Positions 40,294 through 52,466 are shown, counted from the stretch's first letter. The stretch is 64,000 nt of DNA from Octopus vulgaris (GCA_951406725.2 OX597815.1:54870001-54934000), one strand, 5' to 3'. Program-made: numbers and translations. Notes: generated by a model from the sequence alone, not told the origin.

Positions 40294-41001
40294 CGGGCAT
40301 GGCTGTGTGGTTAGGGAGCTTGCTTCCTAGCTATATGGTTTCGGGTTCAGTCCCACTGCATGGCACTTTGGGTAGGTGTCTTCTGCTATAGCCCCGAGCC
40401 GACCGAAGCTTTGTGATTGAATTCGGCAGGCGGAAGTTACTGCCGTGTGTGTATATGTGCATGTAGGTGCTTGTGCCTCTCCGAAAGAGAGAGAGAGGGG
40501 AGCACTGTTTTAATATAAACTAAATAGTTTGTGTAGTTGCTCACCGTTCTGAATCAAACACTGGATAATGAAGTGTGGTACTATGGGCTTTAATTGTACT
40601 TGATTGTTGAGTTCAACCAAACTTGGAAAAATCACATCTCACTTTGCTCTGTGATCACTTTGACACCTGACATGTGGTACACTGCAACTGTTCAGGTAAC
40701 GTTGATTTGGTGGAGGGGGTGAGCTAATATACGACACATACATTTGATCACAATAAACAAATCATTTGTGCAGGTTGTTCGCAAAAGCTGAACACTCATG
40801 TTGTCTTCAACAAGAGAGTCCATCATATGTGTATGTGTGCAATGGATAATAAAGTGGTTTACACCTGGTAGCTTACTGGTAAAGCACGGTCACTTTCAGA
40901 GTGATTGTTAGGTAAATAACAAATGAAAGACAGAAGATGGAATATACAAGAATATATATATTCTCATATGTACCATCTTCTGTCTTTCATTTGTTATATA
41001 A

Positions 41002-41033
<32 letters not shown>

Positions 41034-41243
41034 GTTTATCCCTCTCTCTCTTTCAGAGAGGCACAAGCACCTACACGCACATATACACACACAGCAGTAA
41101 CTTCTGCCTGCCGAATTCAATCACAAAGCTTCAGTCGGCTCGGGGCTATAGTGGAAGACACCTACCCAAAGTGCCACACAGTGGGACTGAACCCGAAACC
41201 ATGTAGCTAGGAAGCAAGCTCCCTAACTACACAGCCATGCCCG
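40294..41243. repeat. Inverted pair of SINE heads (40294-40500 on +, 41040-41243 on -) sharing private variants and 3' flank
   Basis: About 205-bp reverse-complement match. The mismatches are mostly CpG-type transitions. Confidence 0.9.
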
Positions 41244-41567
41244 TATATACGTATGTTTATATATATGTATATACGTATGTTTATATATATGTATATACGT
41301 ATGTTTATATATATGTATATACATATGTTTATATATATATATGTATGTTTATATATATGTATATATATATGTATGTTTATATATATGTATGTTTATATAT
41401 ATACACATACATACATATATACATATATATATATATGTGTGTGTGTGTGTATACGTATGTGTATATATATATATATATAAAATTAAATAAGGGTAGAAAT
41501 TGATATTAATCAATTAAAACCAGTGGCCTAGCATATTTTTTTTTAAATCCGAAGATTAAAAATTTTC

Positions 41568-44500
41568 ATCATCATCATCATCGTTTAACGTCCGTTTTCC
41601 GCGCTAGCACGGGTTGGACGGTTCGACCGGGGTCTGTGAAGCCAGGGGCTGCACCAGGCTCCAGTCTGATCTGGCAGAGTTTCTACAGCTGGATGCCCTT
41701 CCTAATGCCAACCACTCCGCGAGTGTAGTGGGTGCTTTTTATGTGCCACCTGCACAGGTGCCAGGGGGTTCCGGCATCGGCCACGATTGGTTGGTGCTTT
41801 TAACGTGCCACCGGCACGGAAGCCAGCCAAGGTGGCGCTGGCATCGGCCACATTCGGATGGTGCTTTTTATGTGCCACCGGCACTGGAGCCAGTCGAGGC
41901 AGCGCTGGCATCGGCCACATTCGGATGGTGCTTTTTATGTGCCACCGGCACAGAAGCCAGTCGAGGCGGTGCTGGCAACGGCCACGTTCGGATGGTGCTT
42001 TTTATGTGCTGGAATCCAAGGTACTTTGAATGGGCAGGGGCTATGCGGAACTGGTACAGGAAGCAGCCCGGGTCTTTGCAGTCACAGCATATCTCCAGAG
42101 ATCTCGGTCCTTCGCTATTGTCTCAGTGAGGCCCAACGCTCTGAAGTCATGCTTGACTACCTCATCCCATGTCTTCCTGGGTCTACCTCTCCCTCTGATA
42201 CCTTCAACTGTTTGGGAGTGGCACTTCTTCACACATCTCTCCTCATCCATCTGCAGTACATGACCATACCATCGCAAGCGTCGCTCTTGCACACCACATC
42301 TGATGCTTCTTATGTCCAGCATTTCTCTCAGGGTGCTTACACTCTGTCGTGCGTGCACACTGACATTACACATCCAGCGGATCATGCTAGCTTCATTCCT
42401 TTCAAGTCTATGCATGTCCTCTGCAGTCACAGCCCATGTTTCACTACCGTGAAGCATGGGAGTTCGCACACATGCGTCATACAATCTACCTTTCACTTTG
42501 AGCGAGAGACCCTTTGTCGCCAGTAGGGGTAGGAGCTTTCTGAACTTTGCCCAGGCTATTCGTATTCTAGTGGTGACACTCTCTGAGCATCCACCTCCAC
42601 TACTAACTTGGTCACCCAGGTAGCGGAAACTATCAACTACTTCTAGTTTCTTCCCCTGGAGTGTGATGGAATCTGTTTTCTGAGTATCTGTGGTGTCTAT
42701 TGTCCCTGTGCATCTGCCACACATGAAAGCTATCTTACCAGTTAATTTCCCTTTGATGTTGCTGCACCTCTTATGCGTCCATAGCTTACACTGGGTGCAT
42801 CTTATGGAGTTTCTACCTACACCTTTCCTACAGATCGAGCAGGGCCACCTGCCCAAGGAGGTGTGTGCTGAGTTTGCCTTTCTGCTTACTATAACTTTGG
42901 TCTTTGCTACATTTACTCTAAGGCCCTTTGATTCTAACCCTTGCTTCCACACCCGAAATTTCTTTTCTAGTTCCGGTAGTGATTCTGCTATGAGAGCCAG
43001 GTCATCAGCATAGAGGAGCTCCCAGGGACATCATGTTTTGAATTCCTCTGTTATTGCCTGGAGGACTATGATGAATAAAGGGGGACTGAGGGCTGAGCCT
43101 TGGTGTACACCTACATCTACCCGGAATTCTTCACTATATTCGTTGCCAATCCTAACCTTGCTGACAGCCTCTCTGTATAGGGCCTGTATAGCCCTTATTA
43201 GCCATTCGTCAATCTCCAGTTTCCGCATCGACCACCAGATAAGGGATCGGGGGACCCTGTCAAAGGCTTTCTCCAAGTCCACAAAAGCTATGTAGAGGGG
43301 TTTATCTTTAGCTAGGTACTTCTCCTGCAGTTGTCGGACCAGGAATATAGCATCAGTGGTGCTTCTACCCCGCACAAAACCGAACTGCATCTCATCTAAG
43401 CAAATTCTCTCCCTAATGAGATGGGTTATGACCCTCTCTGTGACCTTCATCACCTGATCCAACAGTTTAATACCCCTGTAGTTATTTCTATCTAGAGCAT
43501 CACCCTTACCCTTGTAGCAGTTGACTATGGTGCTGCTACGCCAGTCATTGGGTATGACTCCATTATGAACTACCTGGTTTACAATGCAGGTGACTAGGCC
43601 ATAGCCCACATAGCCAGCTGTTTTAAGCATCTCAGCAGTGATTCCTGATGGGCCGGGGGCTTTACCTGGTTTCATATCCTTAATTGCCTTAGCTACAAGG
43701 GAGCTGTCTATTCGGATAGCTGGTCCCTCTACTGGGTCAACATTTGGCAGGCTCTCCTCCTCCCATTCATTCTCCACATTCAGCAGTCTTTCATAATGAC
43801 TTCTCCAAGCTTCTTTCTTTTCACCAACATTAAAAGCAAGTACCCCATCATCCATGCGGACACATTTCTCTCCTGTAACATCACTATTTTCTCTCACACA
43901 CTGTCTGGCAATCCAAAATACTTCAGCTCTTTGGTCCTCACGTCGCTGGACATTGGCAAACTTCTTCTTTTCTGCTACATCTTTGGCTATGTATACCTGC
44001 TGCCCAGCCTCCCTTTTGGCTACCTGGTATAGTTCCCTGCTACCCCCATCCCTCCAGGCTTTCCAGGCCTGTTTCTTTGCACTAATGGCTTTGTCTACTG
44101 CACTATTCCACCACCACGTAACTCTAGGTCTGGAAGGGACTTTGCACCATCCACAGACTTGGTCTGTGGCACTCAGTAAGCTGTCCCGTAGGAATTCCCA
44201 GCTACCTTCTATGTCCGACGTCTGAAGCTCCTCCTCCCTCTCATCAAATTTCTTGATGAGGATCTCCCTAAATCTCTGACCATGTGAAGGGTTCTTTAGC
44301 TTCCAAATCCTTCTTTTCTGGATTGGTTTGTTTCTTGGAGTCCTTCTGGCCTCAAGCTTAAAGTCACTGATGATTAGCCTATGCTGAGGGATACATTCTT
44401 CACCCGGGAGGGTCTTTGTATTTAAGAGCGACCCTGCATCCCGCTGTCTGGTGAGGATGAAGTCTATTTGGTTAGCGGAGTCTCCTGACTAATAGGTTAT

Positions 44501-46200
44501 AAGGTGGCAGTCATGCTTCCTGAAGTTAGTGTTGCAGATTAAAAGGTTACATGCATCACAGAATTCCAGTAGTCTAGTTCCCTCATCATTTCTGGTGCCA
44601 ATACCATGGCCACCGTGTACCCCAGTGAAGATACCCGATTCCCGCCCAACATGCCCATTAAAGTCTCCACCCACAAAGATGAGGTCCTTGCCACTAGTCT
44701 TTGAGGTAGCCTGTAGAAGGGTATCATAAAAGTGGTCCTTCTGATCATTTGGTAGTCCCGCTTGTGGGGCATAGGCGGAGATAATCGTAGCTGTGCCACT
44801 CTGTAGGACTAACCTGAGCTTAAGCACTCTATCGCAAACCCTGACAACCTCTATGACCTTATCCACCCATTTCTCCGCAAGGAGAATGCCTACACCCCCT
44901 ACACCATCCATGTTACCTTGCCAGAAGACTTTATACTTATGTGCCTTGCCTGTGAGGACCCTAGCTGAAGCACCTCTCCATCTTACCTCTTGTATGCAGC
45001 ATACATCAACCCGTCTTCTCTCAAGCATCTCTACAATCTCACTAGACCTACCTTTCAATGTACCAACATTGACAGTGCCAACTCTGAAAACTGGGAAGGA
45101 GATGTGGGGAGGAGGGGTGCAATTCAGCACCTGAAAAGAAGAGGGTTGTTGTGGTGGTGATCGTTTTTTAGGCATTTTTCATCTGATCTCTCTTCCGATC
45201 TGACAACATTCAAGCATTTAGGCATGTTAAGGTTGTGACCCCTGCTGTAGGCAGGAGCTGGTGTTAGTAGCATTATAAGCGTAAGCAGTAAGGTCATTGA
45301 TGATGTAGATGTAAGCTCTGTGGCAGAAATACTGAAATTCTAGGTGTTAGTAGCATTCTAAGCAAGCATTATGGTCACTGAGTAATGTAGTTTAAGCAGC
45401 ATAGCAGAAACATGGATATTCTAGTGTTGGGTTGGGGGGGGGGGGTCCCGCTGAGAAAAAATTTTTGGTTGCATTGCAGCGGGGAAGGGTTCCAGAAGAG
45501 AGAGAGAGAGGGAGAGAAAGTGGGGGGATAGTGCAGGTAATATAGGGGAGCACCAGTGGGGAGGGTTGGGGTAAGGAGAAACGATGACAGGTAGGGTTGG
45601 TGGCAGGTTCTAGACAGAATGAAACGTATGAAATAAAACGTAGGATATCACGAGTGAGGGAGGGGACTGGAAGGAGATAGCCGGTTGAGGCAGTGACAGA
45701 TTTCAAAACAGGAGGAAACGTAAGATAACTGGTTAAGTGGGACGGTTGATGATCTGCGGTGCTAGCTGCTTCTGTCTTGGGGGAGAGAGGCAGGGGTAAT
45801 ACATAGTGAAAAAGCATATTGAAGAGGAGGGGTTGGAGGAGTAGACACACGTAATGGTGGTGGGAGAAGGGATAACCGGTGTAGATGGTGTAAACAGAGT
45901 GTTCTTCAGTATTGGTGGTGGGGGTGGGAAAGGGCGGGTGCACTACGAATGGCGAAGATTTTGATTGGGGACAGTAGTGAGAAGAATTAAGCAATCGGGG
46001 TTTGAAGAAAGTAACATAGAGTAACGAACAAATTAACTTCATACCGAGGGGGGAGGGTAAAAAAATTAAAGGATTATATTTTGTGGGGGACGACATCAAC
46101 AGTTAGCTCATGAAAGAAAAAAACAAGCAGATTAGTGAATAGATTCAAACATTTAAGCGTTAGCGGCAAATGTATGTAGTACAAGGATCGGAAGTAATGA
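41568..46200 (-). mobile_element. Near-intact RTE-clade LINE with long 5' UTR, ~57-bp tandem repeats in the 3' UTR and a (GAT)n tail
   Basis: APE and RT motifs in one frame. 3' UTR repeats GGTGCTTTTTATGTGCCACCGGCAC at 41730-42010. The 5' boundary is approximate. Confidence 0.92.
42041..45175 (-). pseudogene. RTE APE-RT ORF (~1044 codons) broken only by two in-frame stops
   Basis: ORFs 44489..45175, 43031..43897 and 42041..42952 share one frame. Stops are TAG at 44489-91 and TGA at 43031-33 (just before CPWELLYADDL). A PHD-like C4HC3 insert lies between RT motifs. Confidence 0.9.
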
Positions 46201-46242
46201 AATGAGAATTCTTAGCTCGCTTTGGACATCGCTGTGAGAAAA

Positions 46243-46555
46243 ATGACCACTAATAGTGGACAGCCTGTATGCTAGATATAGACGTCAAACTCGCCATTTA
46301 CCACGAAGAATGTGTTCTCAGCAAAAACCAACGTTTAAAAATAAGACAAATGAAAATATACGAAAATAAAAAACGATTACCTAGTACTAATTAGTTTCAC
46401 TTGTTAATATTTATGTATATGGATATGTAAACATCTGCAAGATTGTTTTAAACGTTGGTTTTTGCTGAATTTTTTCTTGAGAACACATTCTTCGTGGTAA
46501 ATGGTGAGTTTGACGTCTAAATCTAGCATACAGGCTGTCCACTATTAGTGGTCAT
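46243..46555. repeat. Inverted repeat with ~100-bp arms and ~105-bp spacer
   Basis: ATGACCACTAATAGTGGACAGCC...CGTTTAAAA (46243-46340) versus TTTTAAACG...CACTATTAGTGGTCAT (46446-46555), with a short extra segment in the right arm. Confidence 0.9.
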
Positions 46556-47465
46556 CCCACTAAATTTTGTATATATATATGGTTACCTCCCTTCCATTGT
46601 ATTTTTAAATATTTTAAAGGCTTTTGATATGTGTGCTAATTAATAACTTTTTTTGCTAGGAATATCCTCATAAAAAGCTCTTCTAAATCCCCTTAATTAA
46701 TATTCAAAACCTGATAATTGAATAGATAATAATATCTATGTTATTTAGTCTCTATTTTGATAATGGTCTTATTATTATTAAAATTTCTAACCAATAGTTT
46801 GATCATTTCTTCACTTGTTATTAAACACTAATCTTACCCGATAACTCCCATGATAAATAAATATTAATTTTAGTCTAGTAATTATAAAATTATTATGTAA
46901 TTATTAAGTATTTTCTTATAGCAGCTTACCTCACCTATTATAAATAAACTAAGTATATCCTATAATAAGTTTTTGGAATGCAAATCTAGTCTACCCCTTA
47001 TCTACTATAGTCTAAAATAATTTTATTTTTCAATTTGCTGACTTAAATTTCCTTCACTAAAATTTTAAACCATTTTATCTTGCCAATAATATATTTCTAT
47101 TAAATTCACACTTAACCTATACAGAACCATACTGTTATAATTCACTATCTATTTTATAGCACGAGTAAGTACATTCTAAAGTCATTAACATGCTGAAAAT
47201 AAATGATATGCCTAGCATATTTCTTTAAATTAACTCATTAATACCAATAAATTACTATTTACTAATTAACTATAAATTTATATTAATTTGATTTATATTT
47301 ATATAAATATGAAATTATTTCTATATTCTCCATCCCTATATTGTATAAGATACAAAAATTATTAGAATCCTTTGAAAAAAACTATCTAAAAGATATTTAC
47401 TTCAAATCACAAGTAGGATTATGGCTGTTAAATAGTTAAGTATTGGAAGTTTCTATTCTCCCTAC

Positions 47466-47658
47466 CCCATCTGCTTTAGCCTACTAACTTTAGCTGAAAT
47501 ACATTCAACTGTACCAGAGGAAGGTTCTTCAAAGAGAGCTTGACTTATGGCTCTGCCACTTAAACTGCCTCTTCCTCTATCTATAAAAAGATAGATTCTT
47601 GGTGTTGTCTCCACTGAACTCAATAGAATAATATCAAACCCTCTCCCCAATAGTAAAT
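47466..47658 (-). CDS. Candidate internal exon of an unidentified minus-strand gene
   Basis: TTTGTTATTTAG acceptor. Open frame LLLGRGFDIILLSSVETTPRIYLFIDRGRGSLSGRAISQALFEEPSSGTVECISAKVSRLKQM. GG|GTAGGG donor. Non-repetitive, protein-like composition, but no homology recognised. Confidence 0.3.
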
Positions 47659-47834
47659 CTAAATAACAAAGTAAATTCAGTGATAAGTAATGTATCCATG
47701 AGTAAATATCATTTACTACCATGTTTCTGATGATGAGACTTGCCTCTCTGTCTATCTACTTACCCTCTTTGTGATGTTGATAAATGGAATAAGTATAAAA
47801 ATGAATCTTTTCAATTTAACTAAAAAATTCCATA

Positions 47835-47921
47835 TGCAGCTGAAGATTGCTCTACATTTAAAACTGATGTAATACTTGCATTGTTTAATTAAATGAAGTC
47901 ACATGAAACGATTATACTGCA
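47835..47921 (+). ncRNA. Degenerate minimal hammerhead ribozyme
   Basis: Stem I TGCAG/CTGCA; core CTGAAGA; GAAACGATTATA (compare GAAACGATCGTA at 35010). Stem II is poor. Confidence 0.55.
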
Positions 47922-47954
47922 CTACCTTTGGATATCCGTGTTGCTTATTTTGAT

Positions 47955-47969
47955 TATGTGTGTATGTGT

Positions 47970-48015
<46 letters not shown>

Positions 48016-48078
48016 ATATGTATATATATATATGTGTATATGTATATATATATATATGTATATGTATATATGTATATG

Positions 48079-48129
<51 letters not shown>

Positions 48130-48370
48130 GTATATATATGTGTGTATGTATATATATGTATATATATGTGTGTATGTATATATATGTATATATGTGTGTG
48201 TATGTATATATATGTATATATATGTGTGTATGTATATATATGTATATATGTGTGTGTGTATGTATATATATATGTATATATGTGTGTGTGTATATATGTG
48301 TGTGTATATATATATATATATGTATATATGTGTGTGTATATGTATATATATATATATATATATGTATATA

Positions 48371-48420
<50 letters not shown>
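47955..48420. repeat. (TA)n/(TG)n compound microsatellite
   Basis: Directly visible. Confidence 0.95.
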
Positions 48421-48422
<2 letters not shown>

Positions 48423-49793
48423 AGATAAGAAAATGGAGAAATACATCTAAATCAAATATCTATTACCAGATAATACTCAATCACATACTTTATTAAACCA
48501 CCACATAAGAGACTGTAGGGTTAAACATAAAAAAGCAGAACAAATCAGTGTACATAAAGGAATGTACATAAAAGAGTAATGTTGTATAATAAGTAGAATA
48601 TATATAAAAAAGAGAATATAGATATAAGTAAATATAAATATAAGTATAGAATACATCTTACAGCTGTTTCGGCCATGTAGATAAGTATGTCTCATTTTAC
48701 CAATATTAGCCTTTTATGGTAGGTCAATATATAGATATAAATGAGACATTTACAAAAATATCATAAGGCCTCCTCAGAGATATACATATACATATGAGTG
48801 CATATACTCACACTCCTATACATATAAAAATATACATATACATAATGATGTAAATAAATAATATAAATTAGTAAACATATATATGTTCCATATTCAACGC
48901 TTCAGTTCTTCAATTTAACATTGTGATAATAAACATACACATATTAGTACCTAGATGCAAACATACATAGTCAATAGTACATTATATTACTTCCTACTAA
49001 TTTCCAAAGTGTCATTAAAGTTAGCATCATTATCGTTGTCAATGCCATTAATGCTACCATTTATTATCATACATAATATTATTAATAACGCTTACATTAG
49101 GATCCGAAGTGGCACATATGTATGTCCGGATTCCAGTTAGTAATTTTCCTTATGACATAAATACACTATTGGATTTGAATTTAAATTATGATTGTCTACC
49201 TCATGGTTGGTCTGTTGAGAGCCGCCCGACCTCCACCACACCGCACAAGAAAAACATACACATCCACATCCAACCCTAAACCCACACGTCCACATAAAAA
49301 CCCACACACACATGCACACACACATGAATACACCCCGACACGTCCCTACACATTCACTAGATTTCAGAGTCCATGTCTGTCATCGCATGGCTTAAAGCCA
49401 AATCAGTACAGGCAACAGTGTCTACCTCATGGTTGGTCCGTTGAGAGCTGCCCGACCTCCACCACACCGCACAAGAAAAACATACACATCCACATCCAAC
49501 CCTAAACCCACACGTCCACATAAAAACCCACACACATGCACACACACATGAATACACCCTGACACGTCCCTACACATTCACTAGATTTCAGAGTGCATGT
49601 CTGTCATTGCATGGCTTATAGACATATCAGTACAGGCAACAGTGTCTATACACTAACACACACACTCATGTACATTCCTTTATGTACACTGATTTGTTCT
49701 GCTTTTTTATGTTTAACCCTAAAGTATGTGATTGAGTATTATCTGGTAATTGATATTTGATTTAGATGTATTTCTCCATTTTCTTATCTTGTA
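48418..49793. repeat. Penelope-like terminal repeat block with inverted ends (48418-48570 and 49669-49793) and an internal 226-bp tandem duplication (49193-49648)
   Basis: ACAAGATAAGAAAATGGAGAAATACATC... is inverted at the right end. The TGTCTACCTCATGGTTGG unit starts at 49193 and 49419. A minus-strand hammerhead lies inside. Confidence 0.8.
48651..48785 (-). ncRNA. Minimal type I hammerhead ribozyme
   Basis: Minus strand: GTATATCT-CTGAGGA-GGCC...GGCC-GAAA-CAGCTG-TA-AGATGTAT. Intact core, palindromic stem III ACAGCTGT, 8-bp stem I with wobbles. Confidence 0.85.
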
Positions 49794-49963
49794 ATAGTAA
49801 TTTGTGGTAAATCATTTTACCTTTGCCCATATAATACAGTAAATGAATTGATTGCATCGAAATCCTTAACATTTATGTATTAACTTTGTTGGGTACTTCA
49901 CTAGCAGTATATTGGATATATGTTATCCCATGGAGAGTTGCATTTACAACCCCTATCTCAATT

Positions 49964-50004
<41 letters not shown>

Positions 50005-52090
50005 CAATGGGTGAATGGCACACACACAATAAAGCAGGTTTCTCTAGGGAAGAAATTAATGTGATACTGACTGCTAGGAAATCATTCATCAAGTTCAATA
50101 ACAAGTTGTGGGTCCGTAAGGATACTCCTAATGCGTTTGATGTATTAATGGGAAGTACAGACAGCGCTCAGATAGCCGATTTGGTCGGAATATATATTCT
50201 TTATGAAATGGCCGACCAGTTCCCGGACATCTGTGGAGGTCTTTATCGCAACGATTGTCTGCTTTACCTCCAGAACATTTCAAATAAAAAATTACAGAAG
50301 GTTAAGAATAGATTAGTTAGGTTTTTTGTAGAATGGGCTTTCACATCGTTTTTGACGATGAGTTAACTAAAGCCAACTTCTCAATTTACAAAATAACTCG
50401 TACTTCCCATACCATAAACCTTCCACAAATCTCAAATATATTAGTCTTTACAGTAATCACGCTAGGGCAATTACTAATAATTTAGTTAAAAACATTTCAC
50501 TTAGACTGTCTAAATTATCTGCCAATGTTGACATTTTTAACGAAAAGGCAGACTTCTATAATGCCGCCTTGATAAAAGCTGCCTATAAACAGAAAGTTTC
50601 ATATGTTGATTCTGCTCAATATAGTCCTATATCTGCTTCTCAAGACAAAATATCTAGTTGTAATAATAGTAAGAGTGATTTTAATTCTAATAGTGCAATA
50701 CATGATATAAATTCTTTACGAACTAGGGGAGGTAAGCGTTATTTAACCTCAAATTTCCACCCAAGAAATTTTTCCCCTACCTTTATAGATAATACCACGT
50801 ACAATTTAAAAGTCTCTAGGAAAAGTATCTGGTTTGTAATTTCATTTGGAAAACAAATTAAATCGAACCTTCCCTTGCAGTTCCATGAAGCGGTTGCTAG
50901 GAACTTTCCCAAAAATTCTAGATATTACTCGATTATCAACTCCCACAAAGTTAGAGTCGCTTTCTCCAACACTAAGAATCTCTCACAATACCAATCTGCT
51001 AAATAAAGGTTCTTTATCTGGGAGTTCCAACATTAATCTTGTTAATTCCAACCCCTCATATAATTATAATAATAATAATAATAATAATGATAATAATAAT
51101 AATAATAACAATAAGAGTATTAATAATAATAATAATGATAATAATAATAACGGTATTATTATTATTATTATTAATAATAATATTAATTGTATTAACAGAA
51201 ATAATAATAATAGTAATAGTATTAATAATAATAATTATAATCATAGCAATAAAAACCTGGTTTCGATCTCTGAGGACAACCCCAACAGAATTAAATTTTT
51301 GTCTAATAATTCTAAGATCAAGAATTCTATATACCAGTGTAAAATTTCTTCCGGTACTGATGTCTTCTTCTATATAGGCACGTCCACTTCCCAGTTATCC
51401 AAGAGAATTTCAAATCATTATTCATCATTTAGGGATAGCAAAAAACACCATAGTACAGGGCTAAGTAAATTGGTTTGGCATCTTAAAGACAGCAATATAG
51501 ATTTTAAGTTAGATTGGTTCATACTGTCCGTATCCTTTCCTTTCGATAAGGGCAAGAGATTTTGTAACATTTGCAACTCTGAACTCTTCCATATTCTCTT
51601 CTCTAAAAATCCCCTTGTAAACACACTTATAGAGCGATCGTACAAATGTAAACACTGGCAGAAACATACATTTTACTCATATAAGTGATTTCGGCAGTCC
51701 TTATAGTTTGAACAACTAGTTTAACTTGCGCTTCACTTCAATAGAGAAATCTATTTCTAAGCCTTTGAACATTTTTTTAATCAGCGTATCCCTCCCTCTC
51801 TTTTTGTTCTATACTTATTATTCTTTTAACCCTTCTCTTCCTACTAACTGCCTTTGACGTCAAATCTACTAACAGTTTTTTAAAATACTTAATAACGTTC
51901 TGTTTATCATGTAGGCAGTCATTGTTATAATGTCTTGTTGTTGAGAGAGGCTCTCTTTCTTTCCTGATGAGAAGATTGCATCTTACACCGTTTGTTCCTT
52001 TGGAATAAAACCATGTTGTTTTCGAAACATATGTTGAAAGTAAAAGAATTTTATTAACATTTTCGTTCAACTCCATTTATTTACCTATTC
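50005..52090 (+). mobile_element. 5'-truncated Penelope-like element (RT C-half, GIY-YIG, 3' hammerhead), disrupted
   Basis: FDVLMGSTDSAQIADLVGIYIL, GGLYRNDCL (YRDD-like), SIYQC...FYIGTS...RISNHYSSF...TGLSKLVWHLK...CNICNSE. Frameshifts present. (AAT)n tract at 51060-51240. Confidence 0.88.
51959..52040 (+). ncRNA. Minimal type I hammerhead ribozyme
   Basis: Stem I CTTTC/GAAAG; core CTGATGA; stem II GAAGA...TTTTC; GAAA; palindromic stem III ACATATGT; GUU triplet ending at 52035. Confidence 0.8.
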
Positions 52091-52134
<44 letters not shown>

Positions 52135-52342
52135 ATTAAGAAAATGGAGGAGAACAATAGATGGTTCATCAACTTTTGGACATTAAAATGTTAACTTACT
52201 TATTTATTAAACTGATAATTATAATAACATACATACTTATAGCATATTATTCTTTACATATAAGATAGAAGATATAAAATATAGTAATATATAAGGATAC
52301 CAGTAATTATTATAAAAAAACATGAATATAGGTTGGTAAAAC

Positions 52343-52466
52343 AACTTACAGCTGTTTCAGCAAATAGATAAAAATACCTCATTCTACCTATATTACTCAA
52401 GTGGATTGAGGTAAGAGGTAGGTGAACATGAAGTACTTGTATATATCTCTAGGCTTCGTCAGAGAT
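52343..52466 (-). ncRNA. Hammerhead ribozyme motif (weak stem I)
   Basis: Minus strand: TCT-CTGACGA-AGC...GCT-GAAA-CAGCTG-TA-AG. Lies in a block starting CAATTAAGAAAATGGAG, similar to the terminus at 48421. Confidence 0.65.

Noticed and set aside
41730-42010. CRISPR-like repeat array
   Set aside because: The inter-repeat segments are themselves similar (~57-bp minisatellite in a LINE 3' UTR); eukaryotic context with no cas genes.
45392-46099. 235-aa ORF as an RTE ORF1
   Set aside because: Low-complexity P/S/L/T translation of a pyrimidine-rich 5' UTR with no domain motif; cannot be supported.
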